NCBI GenBank assembly: GCA_965221165.1
Contig: CBDCRP010000003.1
Coordinates: 1,696,001-1,760,000, forward strand
Length of the DNA stretch: 64,000 nt
Direction of reading: 5' to 3'
Source of the DNA: a bacterium
Lineage (GTDB): Bacteria; UBA8248
The number at the start of each line of letters is the position of its first letter. The first letter of the stretch is position 1. Position numbers and translations under genes: made by a program. This document shows positions 27,981 through 37,912 of the stretch, piece by piece. The notes under the pieces are model-generated. The model was given only the letters and a program-made list of their open reading frames with translations, made no database searches and was not told the DNA's origin.

Positions 27981-29515
27981 CTTGGTTCCTCCTTTGAATT
28001 GGATGAATTGGCTCCCGTTTGCGGCTTCAAGGTCGAAGCCCACGGACGCCTCCAAATACTCAACGTCAGCATCAGTACGGTCATGGCGATGAAAAAAGCA
28101 GCGATGGGGCGGGTGATGAAAACCGAATAATCGCCCCGTGAAATGATGAGCGTCTGCTGTAAGGCCTCCTCCGCCCGAGGCGCGAGAATGAACGCGATGA
28201 CGAGCGGGGCCATGGGAAATTTCAATTTCCTCAGCCCGTATCCGAACAGGCCCGCGATGAGCGCCAGAACGAGGTCGCCCAGGTTGCTGTGATAGACATA
28301 CGCCCCCACGAGGCAGGAGACGATGATGCCCGGCACCAGTAGCGACTGCCTGATGGTGACGATCTTGGCGAACATGCCCGTGAGCAGCCAGCCCTGGACC
28401 AGCATGATGGGGTTGCCCAGCAGGAGAAGCGTGAAGATGGCGTACATGACGGGGGCGTGTTCCTGAAAAAGGCTCGGCCCCGGCCGCAGCCCCTGGGCGA
28501 TGAACGCGCCCATGAGAATCGCAGCGCTCGGATCCCCCGGGATTCCGAACGTGAGGGTGGGTATCAGGTCCGCTCCCGCGACCGCGCTGTTGGCGGCTTC
28601 AGAAGCCGCGACGCCCTCGTAGCTGCCGTGGCCGAACTCCTCCGGTTTTTTGGATGCGCGTTTCGCCGCCGCGTAGCTCACGAAGGTGGCGATGGCCGCC
28701 CCCGTACCCGGAATCGCGCCGACGAATGTGCCTATCATGGACGAGCGCAGGATGGTGCGCGCGGAATGCCAGACCTCGATGATCTTGAGCTTCCTGCCGC
28801 CTTTCAGGTGCAGGGTATCGGGCGGGCGCGCCAAATCGACGGCCCGCTTTTCCGCTTGGATGAAAACCTCGCTCATGGCGAAAAGCCCGATGAGTAGGGG
28901 CACCACTCCCACTCCTTCGGCCAGGCCGGGAAGGCCGAACGTGAAGCGCTCCCCTCCCGAGACGATGTCCGTACCCACCATGCCGAGTTGGAGTCCGATG
29001 AGGGCGGAGAGTATTCCCTTCACCACGGAGGTCCCCGTAACACTGGAGATGATGGCCATTCCCATGAGCAGGAGCCCGAAAAACTCGGCCGGCCCGAACA
29101 GGAGCGCCACCGCGGCCAGCGGAAGCGCCGCCAGGATGAGTACGAGATCGCTGAAGGTATCCCCGATGGTGGAGGAATAGAGCGCCATCTGGATGGCGCT
29201 CCTCGCCTCTCCTTTTTGCGCGAGCGGAAACCCGTCCATACACGTCGCCGCAGCGGGCGCGGTTCCCGGCGTGTTCACCAGAATGGCCGGAATGGAGCCG
29301 CCGAAGAGCGTTCCCTTGTGAATCCCCAGCAGAAAGGGGATACCCAACACGGGCGGCATGAAAAACGAGAAGGGAACCAGAATCGCCGTCGCCATGACGC
29401 TGGTGAGTCCCGGAATCGCTCCCACCGTGATGCCTACGAAGACGCCCACCGCTATCATGGCCAGACCCTGCCATGTGAGCGCCATCGTGATCCCCTGGAG
29501 TATCTGCTCGAACAT
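27977..29515 (-). CDS. Tripartite tricarboxylate transporter large permease (TctA)
   Basis: GAIPGL, GGSIPAILVNTPGT, DGFPLA..G, EAANSA, GIPG. Confidence 0.93.
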   Translation of the reverse strand: MFEQILQGITMALTWQGLAMIAVGVFVGITVGAIPGLTSVMATAILVPFSFFMPPVLGIPFLLGIHKGTLFGGSIPAILVNTPGTAPAAATCMDGFPLAQKGEARSAIQMALYSSTIGDTFSDLVLILAALPLAAVALLFGPAEFFGLLLMGMAIISSVTGTSVVKGILSALIGLQLGMVGTDIVSGGERFTFGLPGLAEGVGVVPLLIGLFAMSEVFIQAEKRAVDLARPPDTLHLKGGRKLKIIEVWHSARTILRSSMIGTFVGAIPGTGAAIATFVSYAAAKRASKKPEEFGHGSYEGVAASEAANSAVAGADLIPTLTFGIPGDPSAAILMGAFIAQGLRPGPSLFQEHAPVMYAIFTLLLLGNPIMLVQGWLLTGMFAKIVTIRQSLLVPGIIVSCLVGAYVYHSNLGDLVLALIAGLFGYGLRKLKFPMAPLVIAFILAPRAEEALQQTLIISRGDYSVFITRPIAAFFIAMTVLMLTLSIWRRPWASTLKPQTGANSSNSKEEPR

Positions 29516-29523
29516 ACGCGACC

Positions 29524-30042
29524 TTAACTAAAAAGACTGCCTTCGGGCAGCGCCAGCTTGAAGGCGAACCAGAAGAAATAATTCACCACGATGGGGAACA
29601 GAATGGCCATGGAGACGACGTACCGCCAGTCGCGCGTACCCATGAAGGTGATCAGGATCGCGAGAAAAACGGGAGAACTCACCAGAAAGCCGAAATACGC
29701 CAAAGACTCGACGTAGACGTAGCAGAGGACGAAAACGGCGCAGACTTGCAATAGCGCTCTTTTACTCGTGATCGTTTGCGCGCCCGCTTCATTTCTCCTG
29801 AGCGCTCCGAACAGGAACACGAGGCTCACCAACCCGAAGGTGACGACGGCCGAGGTGGGAAAAAACGTCGGCAGGAAGACGGCGTTCGAGACCTCTTCGG
29901 GCGGAATGGCGTATTGAATCTGTGTGGGAATGATATAGAAAAAACCGATGAGGCTATAGAGCAGAAAAACGACCGCTGTACAGACATCGGCTCTTCGCAC
30001 GTCCGGCCCCCTAAGCGGTTGTGGAATACACGCTGCCCTCAT
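29524..30042 (-). CDS. Tripartite tricarboxylate transporter small permease (TctB)
   Basis: Four TM segments, PTFFP, LALPEG; precedes tctA; start uncertain. Confidence 0.82.
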   Translation of the reverse strand: MRAACIPQPLRGPDVRRADVCTAVVFLLYSLIGFFYIIPTQIQYAIPPEEVSNAVFLPTFFPTSAVVTFGLVSLVFLFGALRRNEAGAQTITSKRALLQVCAVFVLCYVYVESLAYFGFLVSSPVFLAILITFMGTRDWRYVVSMAILFPIVVNYFFWFAFKLALPEGSLFS

Positions 30043-30272
30043 TCATGCCGCCGCCGAGGCCACAGCCTTGATTCCTGGATGCGCCGTCACTCTTGAATCT
30101 TCTTTGCGTATGAGAAAAAGACTAGCAAGAATCGCCGCGCGTGTCATCTTGAGAAGAGGCTCGAAAGCGGGTTCTACCATAATCATCCTCCACTCCCTCT
30201 CTAGTGAAATGTGGGATAAGCTACTGGAAATTGTCTTGCCCATTTCAAAATTCAAATTTGTCAGGAGTGTAT

Positions 30273-31556
30273 ATGAGCACCGACCCAACAATCATATGCC
30301 CGGAGTGTTCTGAGGAGATCAAACTTACAGAGTCATTAGCAGCGCCTCTTATCAAAACCGTCCAAACGGAATACGAGGCAAAAATCACTGAGAAAGAAAT
30401 GGAAGTTTCAAAGCGCGAGAATGAAATTCGCGCCCAACAAAGAGATATCGAGCGCGCGCAAAATGCGATTGATGAACAAGTTGCAGAAAAACTAAAAATG
30501 GAACGCGCTGCAATTTCGGAGGAGGAAGCTCAAAAGGCGAAACGTGCCGCTGCGTCTGACCTAGAAGCTAAAACAAAGGAGTTGGAAGAACTCGAAGAAG
30601 TCCTTAAGCAACGTGATCAGAAGCTGGAAGAGGCACAAAAAGCTGAAGCTGAACTACGTCGTAAGCAGCGCGAACTCGATGATGCCAAGCGCGAGTTAGA
30701 GCTAACTGTGGAAAAACGTGTCCAAGCCTCCGTGGAGGAAGTACGACAGAAAGCGAAGCAAGATGCAGAAGAAGACCTCAGGCTCACGGTCACAGAAAAG
30801 GAAGAACAGATTTCCTCGATGAAGCGCCAAATTGAGGATTTACAAAAAAAGGCAGAACAAGGATCCCAACAACTACAAGGGGAAGCTCTTGAACTGGAGC
30901 TTGAAACAAGATTGAACGTGAAATTTTCGTCAGATAGCATCGAGCCTGTTCCGAAAGGTGAGTCTGGCGCTGATGTGATCCAAAAGGTTGTTGGTCCGAT
31001 AGGTCAGACTTGTGGTCATATCCTCTGGGAATCAAAAAGGACTAAAAACTGGAACGATGAATGGCTTGCAAAACTCAGAAATGACCAACGCGCGGCCAAA
31101 GCGGAGATTGCTATTATCGTATCGACTGCATTGCCAAAAGACATAGAGACATTCGGGAATAGAGACGGCGTATGGATAACAGAACCTCGTTTTGCAATGC
31201 CACTGGCGGGTTGTCTTCGCCAATCTTTAATCGACGTGGCGAATACCCGAAAAGCACAAGAGGGTCAAGAAACAAAAATGGAGATGGTTTACCAGTATTT
31301 GACGGGGCCAGGATTCAAACACCGGGTAGAAGCAATCGTTGAAAAATTTTCAGATATGCAAGAGGACCTCGATAGAGAACGAAAAACCATGACACGATTG
31401 TGGGCGAAGCGCGAAGCACAAATCCAAGGAGTCATAGAATCAACGGCTGGCATGTATGGAGATCTCCAAGGCATTGCTGGCCGTGAACTTCAAGAAATTG
31501 AAAGTTTGGAGATCCCTCTTCTTGACGCCGGTGTGATTGATCATGATGGTGAGTAA
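30273..31556 (+). CDS. DUF2130 coiled-coil protein with C-terminal nuclease-like domain
   Basis: N-terminal CPEC, long coiled coil, QGSQQLQGEALE, GAD, WESKRTK; AT-rich. Confidence 0.85.
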   Translation: MSTDPTIICPECSEEIKLTESLAAPLIKTVQTEYEAKITEKEMEVSKRENEIRAQQRDIERAQNAIDEQVAEKLKMERAAISEEEAQKAKRAAASDLEAKTKELEELEEVLKQRDQKLEEAQKAEAELRRKQRELDDAKRELELTVEKRVQASVEEVRQKAKQDAEEDLRLTVTEKEEQISSMKRQIEDLQKKAEQGSQQLQGEALELELETRLNVKFSSDSIEPVPKGESGADVIQKVVGPIGQTCGHILWESKRTKNWNDEWLAKLRNDQRAAKAEIAIIVSTALPKDIETFGNRDGVWITEPRFAMPLAGCLRQSLIDVANTRKAQEGQETKMEMVYQYLTGPGFKHRVEAIVEKFSDMQEDLDRERKTMTRLWAKREAQIQGVIESTAGMYGDLQGIAGRELQEIESLEIPLLDAGVIDHDGE

Positions 31557-31716
31557 CAACAAAAGGATCGTAGTACGATGACCAAATATATGCGCATATC
31601 GAATTTTAGGAGCTTTGCAGAGTTTGTTTTTGAAATAAGAAGGTCCTAGGGTTCAAGATTTCGTCAATTGAAGCACGAATTTTTTGAAAAATTACATTGC
31701 AAGAAGGAGTGGGTTC

Positions 31717-32369
31717 ATGTCCAGAGTCCCGTTGCTCGGCCGAGAAGGCGCGGAGGGAGAGATCGCGCGCACCTTCGGCATCCTGGGTAACTTCCAGCGC
31801 AGGCAGGTCAATTCCACCCGGGCGACGGCGCACTCCCCGTTTCTCGCCCGCATTTTCTATCCCCTCGTCCAGACCCTGATGCGCGAGGGGCTCGGCACCG
31901 TCCTCTCCTCCAGGATAAAAGAAATCGCCGTCATCAAAACCAGCCGGATGAACGGGTGTGACTACTGACTCGCCCACAACACCGCTCTCGGCCGGGTGCT
32001 GGGAATCACGGATGACCACGTCGCCGCCATCGGATCGGACGACTACATGGATTCGCCGCTCCTCAGTCTCCAGGAGAAAGCGACCGTCCTGTGGCCGAAC
32101 ACGTGACGCGCAACACCGCCAAATCAAGAGACGACGTGGCCGGGGAGGTGCAAAGGCATTTCACGGACGCGGAGTTCGTCGAGCTCACCTTCGTCATCAG
32201 CTACTTCAACATGCGAAACCGCTACCACGACTCCCTGAAGCTGCCGAACGATGAGGCGGAAATCGTCGAGGACGTGGGCCCCCTCCGGCCCGACCCGGAA
32301 AAGCTTAAAAAATTCTTGCAGGAAATTCTCGATAACTGGCCGGACGCCTTCCCGCAGCCTAACGAATGA
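31717..32369 (+). CDS. AhpD/carboxymuconolactone-decarboxylase-like selenoprotein (CxxU; UGA 31966-31968) with a 1-nt frameshift near 32093
   Basis: KEIAVIKTSRMNGCDY-U-LAHN; downstream LW|AEHVT...FTDAEFVEL...NMRNR needs one extra G at TGGCC. Confidence 0.78.
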
Positions 32370-32407
32370 AGGCGTCCATGAATCACTCCAAAGAGAGGAA
32401 CCGATAG

Positions 32408-33133
32408 ATGGACCGAGGAATCTGGGCGGTATGGTACGACCTTCCCGAGGAAGGTGAGGATGAATATCTTTCCTGGCTTCATGAAGTCCATACCCCCGAG
32501 GCGCTCGCGCGTCCGGGCTACCTGTGGGCGGCGCACGTGAAAAACGTGGTGACGCCCGAGCGTGAAGAGAGAATTCGCGGAGTCGTCCACCACACGGATG
32601 ATGCGAGCGTTCCCACGGGGGTTCAGTATCTGATGCTCTTCGGCGCGCTTTCACCCACCGTTTTTCTGGACCCGAGTCCCGAGCAAATGGCGGAGAAGAT
32701 GACGGCCGATGAACGCGAAATGCTTGCGCGGCGGCAGAACCCGCGCTCTTGCGTCTTCATGGAGCACAACCGGGTCGACGGCCCCGAGGTGAAAACCCGC
32801 GCGCCGGGCATCGCGCCCGGACCCGGGGTCCAGTTCGGAACCTTCAACATCAACGCCGTCGAAAACGAGGACGAACTGGGGTGCTGGTACGCCCAGGTGC
32901 GGATGCCGCGCCTGACGAGCATGGAGGGATGCGTCGGGGCGCGCAATCTGGTTTCGGTCTCGGGCTGGGCGAAGCACGGGATTCTCTATGAGTGGGTATC
33001 CTTGGAATCGCTTCAGAAAAATTTTACCACGGAGAAGATACCCCGCTCGCGCCGGGCGGTTGACACCCTGGTACACGCTCCCAGTTCGCCCAGCGTGGGA
33101 GAGCGCATCTGGCCGCCTGCGGGTGATGCGTGA
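32408..33133 (+). CDS. Hypothetical protein, duplicated dimeric alpha-beta barrel (EthD/DUF4286-like)
   Basis: Two repeats of the W(Y/L)xxxHxP-like motif (WLHEVHTPE; WYAQVRMP). Confidence 0.6.
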   Translation: MDRGIWAVWYDLPEEGEDEYLSWLHEVHTPEALARPGYLWAAHVKNVVTPEREERIRGVVHHTDDASVPTGVQYLMLFGALSPTVFLDPSPEQMAEKMTADEREMLARRQNPRSCVFMEHNRVDGPEVKTRAPGIAPGPGVQFGTFNINAVENEDELGCWYAQVRMPRLTSMEGCVGARNLVSVSGWAKHGILYEWVSLESLQKNFTTEKIPRSRRAVDTLVHAPSSPSVGERIWPPAGDA

Positions 33134-33214
33134 TTCCCCCGGATCCCGGAACTATCTCGCTTATCAGACCCCTTGCGAAAAGAGGCTCGGGACCTGGACG
33201 CATGGACGCTGGAA

Positions 33215-34600
33215 TCAATATGTGAGTTTCGAGAATCCCTCGAACAGGCGCGCGAGAAATTTCTCGGACTGGAGAATGCCCGACACCTGCGCGTATTCAT
33301 TCGCCGCATGTTTTCGCATGGCGTTGCACGGAAGCCCGCCGATCCAGGGCACGCCCAACTCTTCCGTCCACAAGGCCACGGGCATCCCCGCCGGGTGCAC
33401 GGGCCAGACCTCGGGGTCCGCGCCCATGTCCGCATGGGCCTGCAGGAAACACTGGATCAGAGGATGCTCCAGCGGCGTTCCGCCACCGGCGTAGTGGTTG
33501 TTCACGACGAATTCGACGTCGCCGTAGCCACCCTCGGCCAGAATGGCGCGCACGTTCTCGATGCGCTCATCGGGGTCTTCTCCCGGCTGAAAACGCATGT
33601 TCACCACGGCCTGCGCCTCTGAGGGAATACTGACCTTCACGGACTTCCCCTCGCCCACGAAGCCCGCCTGAAGGCCCGTGAGAGTGAATTCCGCCTTGAA
33701 CAGATGGGAGTGAACCGAGGCGTGGAAATCATCCTGCCGGAAACGCTTGACCCCCAGGCTTTGCTTCATCATCTCCGGGTCCATGCGATCGGCCAACCGG
33801 CGGCACAACTCTTCCTCGGCGTCGCTCGGCGTCCACCCCTCGCCGTTTTGATAAATCTCCTCCAGCCTTGCCTGCAGATAGGCGATCGCCTCGACGATGC
33901 GCTCCGCCGGATTGCCTATCCAGTTGCAATTGAGCGCATGAATCTCGTTGCCCACCGGCCCGCCCCATTCTCCGGGACGGCAGAACAGCCTGCCCATCAG
34001 GTTGCCCTTGAGACCCAGCGGGACGATCGGCGTGCCGTCGGTCTGCCCCATCGGACAAATCCAGTAGGCCGCGTTCGCCTTTTGCATCTTCTCCTTGTAG
34101 CGCGGGAAGAAATCCTTGATGCCGCCGCTGCCGAGTTCAGACGCCTCGTGAACGAACATCAAGTTGAGCGGGAGCTTCTCGCCTGCGGCGCGCGCCGCGT
34201 AGACCGTGTTCATCACGCAGGCGATGCCGGTCTTCATGTCCTCCGCTCCCCGGCCCACGACGCAACGCCCCAGGCCGGCGAGTTCCTGAATCTGAGGGTC
34301 GAAGGGAGGATTGATCCAGTTGGGTTCTTCCGCCGGCGTCACGTCGTAGAGGCCGTGGAAAAGAAGCGTCCGCTCCGCGCCAACGTCGATAAGGCCGTAG
34401 ACGACGGGAAATTCCGCCGTCTCCACCACCTCCGCTTCTCCGCCGACCTCGATGATCTCATCGGCCAGCATCCGCGCCATTTCCGTGTTCCCGAGGTTCA
34501 GGGCGGAAACGCTCGGCTGGCGTATGTATTTCAAAAGGCGCTCGATGTGGGAAGATTCGAAATCCGCTTCGATTTGCGCGATGACGCGTTCGACATCCAT
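33215..34600 (-). CDS. M20 family peptidase/deacylase (non-canonical metal site)
   Basis: RQPSVS, HGLYDVTP, GRGAEDMK, EASELGS, HAANE. Confidence 0.85.
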   Translation of the reverse strand: MDVERVIAQIEADFESSHIERLLKYIRQPSVSALNLGNTEMARMLADEIIEVGGEAEVVETAEFPVVYGLIDVGAERTLLFHGLYDVTPAEEPNWINPPFDPQIQELAGLGRCVVGRGAEDMKTGIACVMNTVYAARAAGEKLPLNLMFVHEASELGSGGIKDFFPRYKEKMQKANAAYWICPMGQTDGTPIVPLGLKGNLMGRLFCRPGEWGGPVGNEIHALNCNWIGNPAERIVEAIAYLQARLEEIYQNGEGWTPSDAEEELCRRLADRMDPEMMKQSLGVKRFRQDDFHASVHSHLFKAEFTLTGLQAGFVGEGKSVKVSIPSEAQAVVNMRFQPGEDPDERIENVRAILAEGGYGDVEFVVNNHYAGGGTPLEHPLIQCFLQAHADMGADPEVWPVHPAGMPVALWTEELGVPWIGGLPCNAMRKHAANEYAQVSGILQSEKFLARLFEGFSKLTY

Positions 34601-34641
34601 CGGAAAACCTCCTCATCCCCGGCAGGGGAAAGCTTGAGATT

Positions 34642-34953
34642 TCAGGGAATCATGAGACCGAGCAGCGGGCCGTGCTGCTGCGCGCCGTACACGTCGCGAT
34701 CGCCCGGCGCGCCCGAGGTCGGCCCCTTTCTCGGCAGGGTGATCTTGATTGCGTTGGCCGCGTCGAAATGGACTATCTTCACGTCCTCGGGCGCCATCTC
34801 ATACAACTCGGAAACCACGCCCGGCGTGAGCGCCTCGCTGTCGGCGACCCGTTGATAGGTCGCCTCGTCTGCGAACAACAGATCCAGCGTAATGTGCAGG
34901 GGGCCTGCGTTCTTGCTCCGCAGCACTTCTGCGAGGTCGTAGAGTCGTTCCAT
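34642..34953 (-). CDS. DUF4387 family protein
   Basis: VLRSKNAGP, TLDLLF, GDRDVYGAQQHGPL. Confidence 0.88.
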   Translation of the reverse strand: MERLYDLAEVLRSKNAGPLHITLDLLFADEATYQRVADSEALTPGVVSELYEMAPEDVKIVHFDAANAIKITLPRKGPTSGAPGDRDVYGAQQHGPLLGLMIP

Positions 34954-34955
34954 TC

Positions 34956-36362
34956 TCAGCCCACCTGTGCGAATTCGACCTCGAAGGGCGCGCTTGCGTC
35001 TTCGAGTTCCACGAGATGATAGATATGAAACTCATACACCGGACCTCCCTCGAAATCAGAGGGTGAAAACGGGAAGGCGAGGTTCCCCGCGGTGGCTTTC
35101 CGGCCATCGAACCCGCAGTGTAAAAACGTGCTCCGCGCGAGGGACAACACCGCGTTCGCCGTCTGCTGATCCTTCGCAACCGCTTCCATCACCACGCCGA
35201 CCTCTTGGGGTGCGCCCGGCCCGTCGGGCGCAGGGCGTGGGTCGGCCGGCGCCGGTTGTGGGCCGACCGGCATCGGTCGGCCCATTACGCCGTCACGTCC
35301 ATAGAAGATGAAGCGCAATTCGTAGTCCTCGGGCGACAACGTGCCCCGAACCATTTCCGCGACGGTGCTCTTTACGCTCGCCTCCACGTCGTCGAGGCTC
35401 GCGAGTAGGCGCGGGTCCGTCATTCCGGCGACGGCGATGGTGCGGTATCCCCTGAGGCGCACGCCCTCGATCTTGATGGTGGGGGTCTGCGCGGGCACGA
35501 AGCGGCTGCCGCTCACCCGCACGCGGCGCTCGCTTATTTGCTCGAACGCGGAATTTTTGAGATCGATCATCCCTTCCGGTTCGTAGAACAGATAGGGGTC
35601 CGGCTGTTCATACATCATGTGGGCCGCCACGGAGTTGGGCGTCACCCGCATTTTGTCGTTCATCGGCTCGAGTTCGAAGTGATCGCCTCGCAGCGTGCCC
35701 AGAATGCAGTCGTTCGCCCCGATGGGCATGGCGCACTGCGCGCCGCACTCGATGATCTTGGCCATGTGGAAGGCCAACCCCAAGTCGAATCCCCGCATCG
35801 CGGCGTAAGAGGTGTATATGGCCGTGTCGCAGGAGCGTCCGGCGAGAACGACGTCCGCACCACCCTCCAGGGCCGTCATGAAAGGCTCCAGCCCCATCTG
35901 CCCCACGATGCGGACACTCTCGTCCACCATCTCTTCGGTGAGTTCGGGGAGTTTCCCCAGGGTGCGCGTTCTTTTTTCCCGAACGGCGCGCTTCACGAAC
36001 TCCTTGTCCATTTCGGAGCGGATCACGGCGAGCTTGAAGCGGTGCCCGTCGCGCCGCGCCAGTTCGTGCATCACGTCGAGCACGCTGTCCACGTGGGGGT
36101 TCCCGCCCGCCGTCCCGGCGGAGCCGATGATGTAGGGAATCTTTTTCTTTCTGGCGGCGGCCAAGGAGAAGCCCAGGTCGCGAAGAATCTGCGCACGCTT
36201 GGTGAGTTGATCGCCGCTGCCGAGATAATAAGGCCCCGCGTCGGTCGAGCCGTTGTCCGCGCCCATGATGTGCGGGTCTTGCGCCAAGCCGTTTTCGAGA
36301 GAGGTTTTTGGAAACCCATAGCCGAGATTGCCACAAACGGATAAAACCCTGAGTTCATCCAT
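34956..36362 (-). CDS. AtuA-like (DUF1446) protein
   Basis: GNLGYGF, DNGSTDAGPYYLG, AGRSCD, KIIECGA, AHMMYE, TAGNLAFPFSP. Confidence 0.88.
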   Translation of the reverse strand: MDELRVLSVCGNLGYGFPKTSLENGLAQDPHIMGADNGSTDAGPYYLGSGDQLTKRAQILRDLGFSLAAARKKKIPYIIGSAGTAGGNPHVDSVLDVMHELARRDGHRFKLAVIRSEMDKEFVKRAVREKRTRTLGKLPELTEEMVDESVRIVGQMGLEPFMTALEGGADVVLAGRSCDTAIYTSYAAMRGFDLGLAFHMAKIIECGAQCAMPIGANDCILGTLRGDHFELEPMNDKMRVTPNSVAAHMMYEQPDPYLFYEPEGMIDLKNSAFEQISERRVRVSGSRFVPAQTPTIKIEGVRLRGYRTIAVAGMTDPRLLASLDDVEASVKSTVAEMVRGTLSPEDYELRFIFYGRDGVMGRPMPVGPQPAPADPRPAPDGPGAPQEVGVVMEAVAKDQQTANAVLSLARSTFLHCGFDGRKATAGNLAFPFSPSDFEGGPVYEFHIYHLVELEDASAPFEVEFAQVG

Positions 36363-36611
36363 GCGAGACTCCCGATATTTTTGGGATGGAAGATAACCGA
36401 AACTTACACGATCGCCCGCCCGGGGTAAACGCCGCCGGGTCTGAAACCGGTGTGTAAAACGCGGGATTTTCCCGGCTGCTATCGCCGGGCGTTTTCCGAT
36501 TTGCCACCGTCCCGGCGAGCGGGATATCCATCATGGACGCTTGAAGACGCGCTATCGACCCGATGGGCTTTACCAAGGCGCGGACTTACTCCCACGCCTA
36601 CCGGCGCGGCG

Positions 36612-37049
36612 CTAGGGCTGTACGCGCAGCCGCTCGGGCTCGATGATGGCTTCCACCGTTATCTCTACCATCGCGTCCGGGGGACCCAGCCGGGAGATTT
36701 CGATCAGCGTGCTGGCCGGGCGAACGTCCTTGAAGTATTTGAAGCGCTCATCAGAATGCTTGTAGTACTCCATGATGTCGGTCACATACGTCGTGGAACT
36801 GACGATGTCGTTGAAAGTCGCGCCCGCGTGGGCCAGACCCTTGCCGATGTTCTCACACGTAACCCGTATCTGGGTGCGCATGTCTCCCACGCCTTCCACC
36901 TCGCCGCTCGGCCTGCGGGGCACCTGGCCGGAAAGATAGATATGGGCGTGGTCCGCGCCATGAATCGTCACTACGGGCACGTAGAGCAACTCGCCGTTTT
37001 CCACGCGGGACCACATGTCGTCGGGCTGCATGAACTGTCTCTGGATCAT
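36612..37049 (-). CDS. RidA/YjgF family protein
   Basis: IYLSGQV, conserved Arg, PASTLIEISRL, MVEI. Confidence 0.88.
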   Translation of the reverse strand: MIQRQFMQPDDMWSRVENGELLYVPVVTIHGADHAHIYLSGQVPRRPSGEVEGVGDMRTQIRVTCENIGKGLAHAGATFNDIVSSTTYVTDIMEYYKHSDERFKYFKDVRPASTLIEISRLGPPDAMVEITVEAIIEPERLRVQP

Positions 37050-37076
37050 GTCGTAGGTTCCTCTTTAGGTTTTCAT

Positions 37077-37892
37077 TTAATCTGTCACCCAGGCGGGTCC
37101 GCCGTCGGACTGACCCGTGAGCCTGGCCAGCGTCTCGGCCACCTTTCTTTCACATTCGAGAAATTCCACCGATAGCGCATCGCGCGGGCGCGGCAGGTCG
37201 ATCTTGATCTCCTCCGCTATCCGGCCGGGACGAGGAGACATCAAAAGCACCCTGTCGGAGAGATAGGCCGCCTCGCGAACGCTATGGGTCACGAAGAGCA
37301 CGGTTTTGTGGGTTTCCATCCATACCTGCACGAGAAGCTGCTGAAGGCTCGAGCGGGTCTGGGCGTCGAGAGCGCCGAAGGGCTCATCCATGAGCATCAC
37401 CTCGGGGTCGAAAGCCAGCGCGCGCGCGATGCCCACCCGCTGCTTCATTCCGCCAGAGAGCCGGTAGGGATAGATGTTCTTGAAACCCTGGAGCTCCACC
37501 AGCCCCAGAAGGCGCTCGACGACGGGGTCGCGCTCGGTTTTCGGGATTCCTTTCATGCGCATGCCGAAGCGGACGTTTCCCGAGACCGTCAGCCAGGGGA
37601 AAACGGCGAACTCCTGGAACACGACTCCTCGGTCGAAACCCGTGCCGTCGATGTGGTGATCGTCCAAGACGACGTCGCCCGAGGTTTTCTCATACAGGCC
37701 CGCCACTATCATCAACAGCGTGCTCTTGCCGCATCCACTCGGCCCGATCAGGGTAACGAACTCACCCGCGCGGACGTCGAAGTTCACCCCTTCGAGAGCG
37801 GTGATGTCCGTGGTCCTCCCCCATCCCTCGTCGATGGTGAAGATTTTTCCCAAATCCTTGACCTGCAGTTTTACAGGGCCCTGAATCGCCAA
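37077..37892 (-). CDS. ABC transporter ATP-binding protein (TauB/SsuB/NitT type)
   Basis: GPSGCGKST, LSGGMKQR, LMDEPFGALD. Confidence 0.95.
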   Translation of the reverse strand: MAIQGPVKLQVKDLGKIFTIDEGWGRTTDITALEGVNFDVRAGEFVTLIGPSGCGKSTLLMIVAGLYEKTSGDVVLDDHHIDGTGFDRGVVFQEFAVFPWLTVSGNVRFGMRMKGIPKTERDPVVERLLGLVELQGFKNIYPYRLSGGMKQRVGIARALAFDPEVMLMDEPFGALDAQTRSSLQQLLVQVWMETHKTVLFVTHSVREAAYLSDRVLLMSPRPGRIAEEIKIDLPRPRDALSVEFLECERKVAETLARLTGQSDGGPAWVTD

Positions 37893-37912
37893 GACACTCT
37901 CCTATCTGCGCG

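Noticed and set aside
32104-32106. Second UGA in the CMD gene as another Sec
   Set aside because: It arises only after the frameshift; family similarity continues in the other frame
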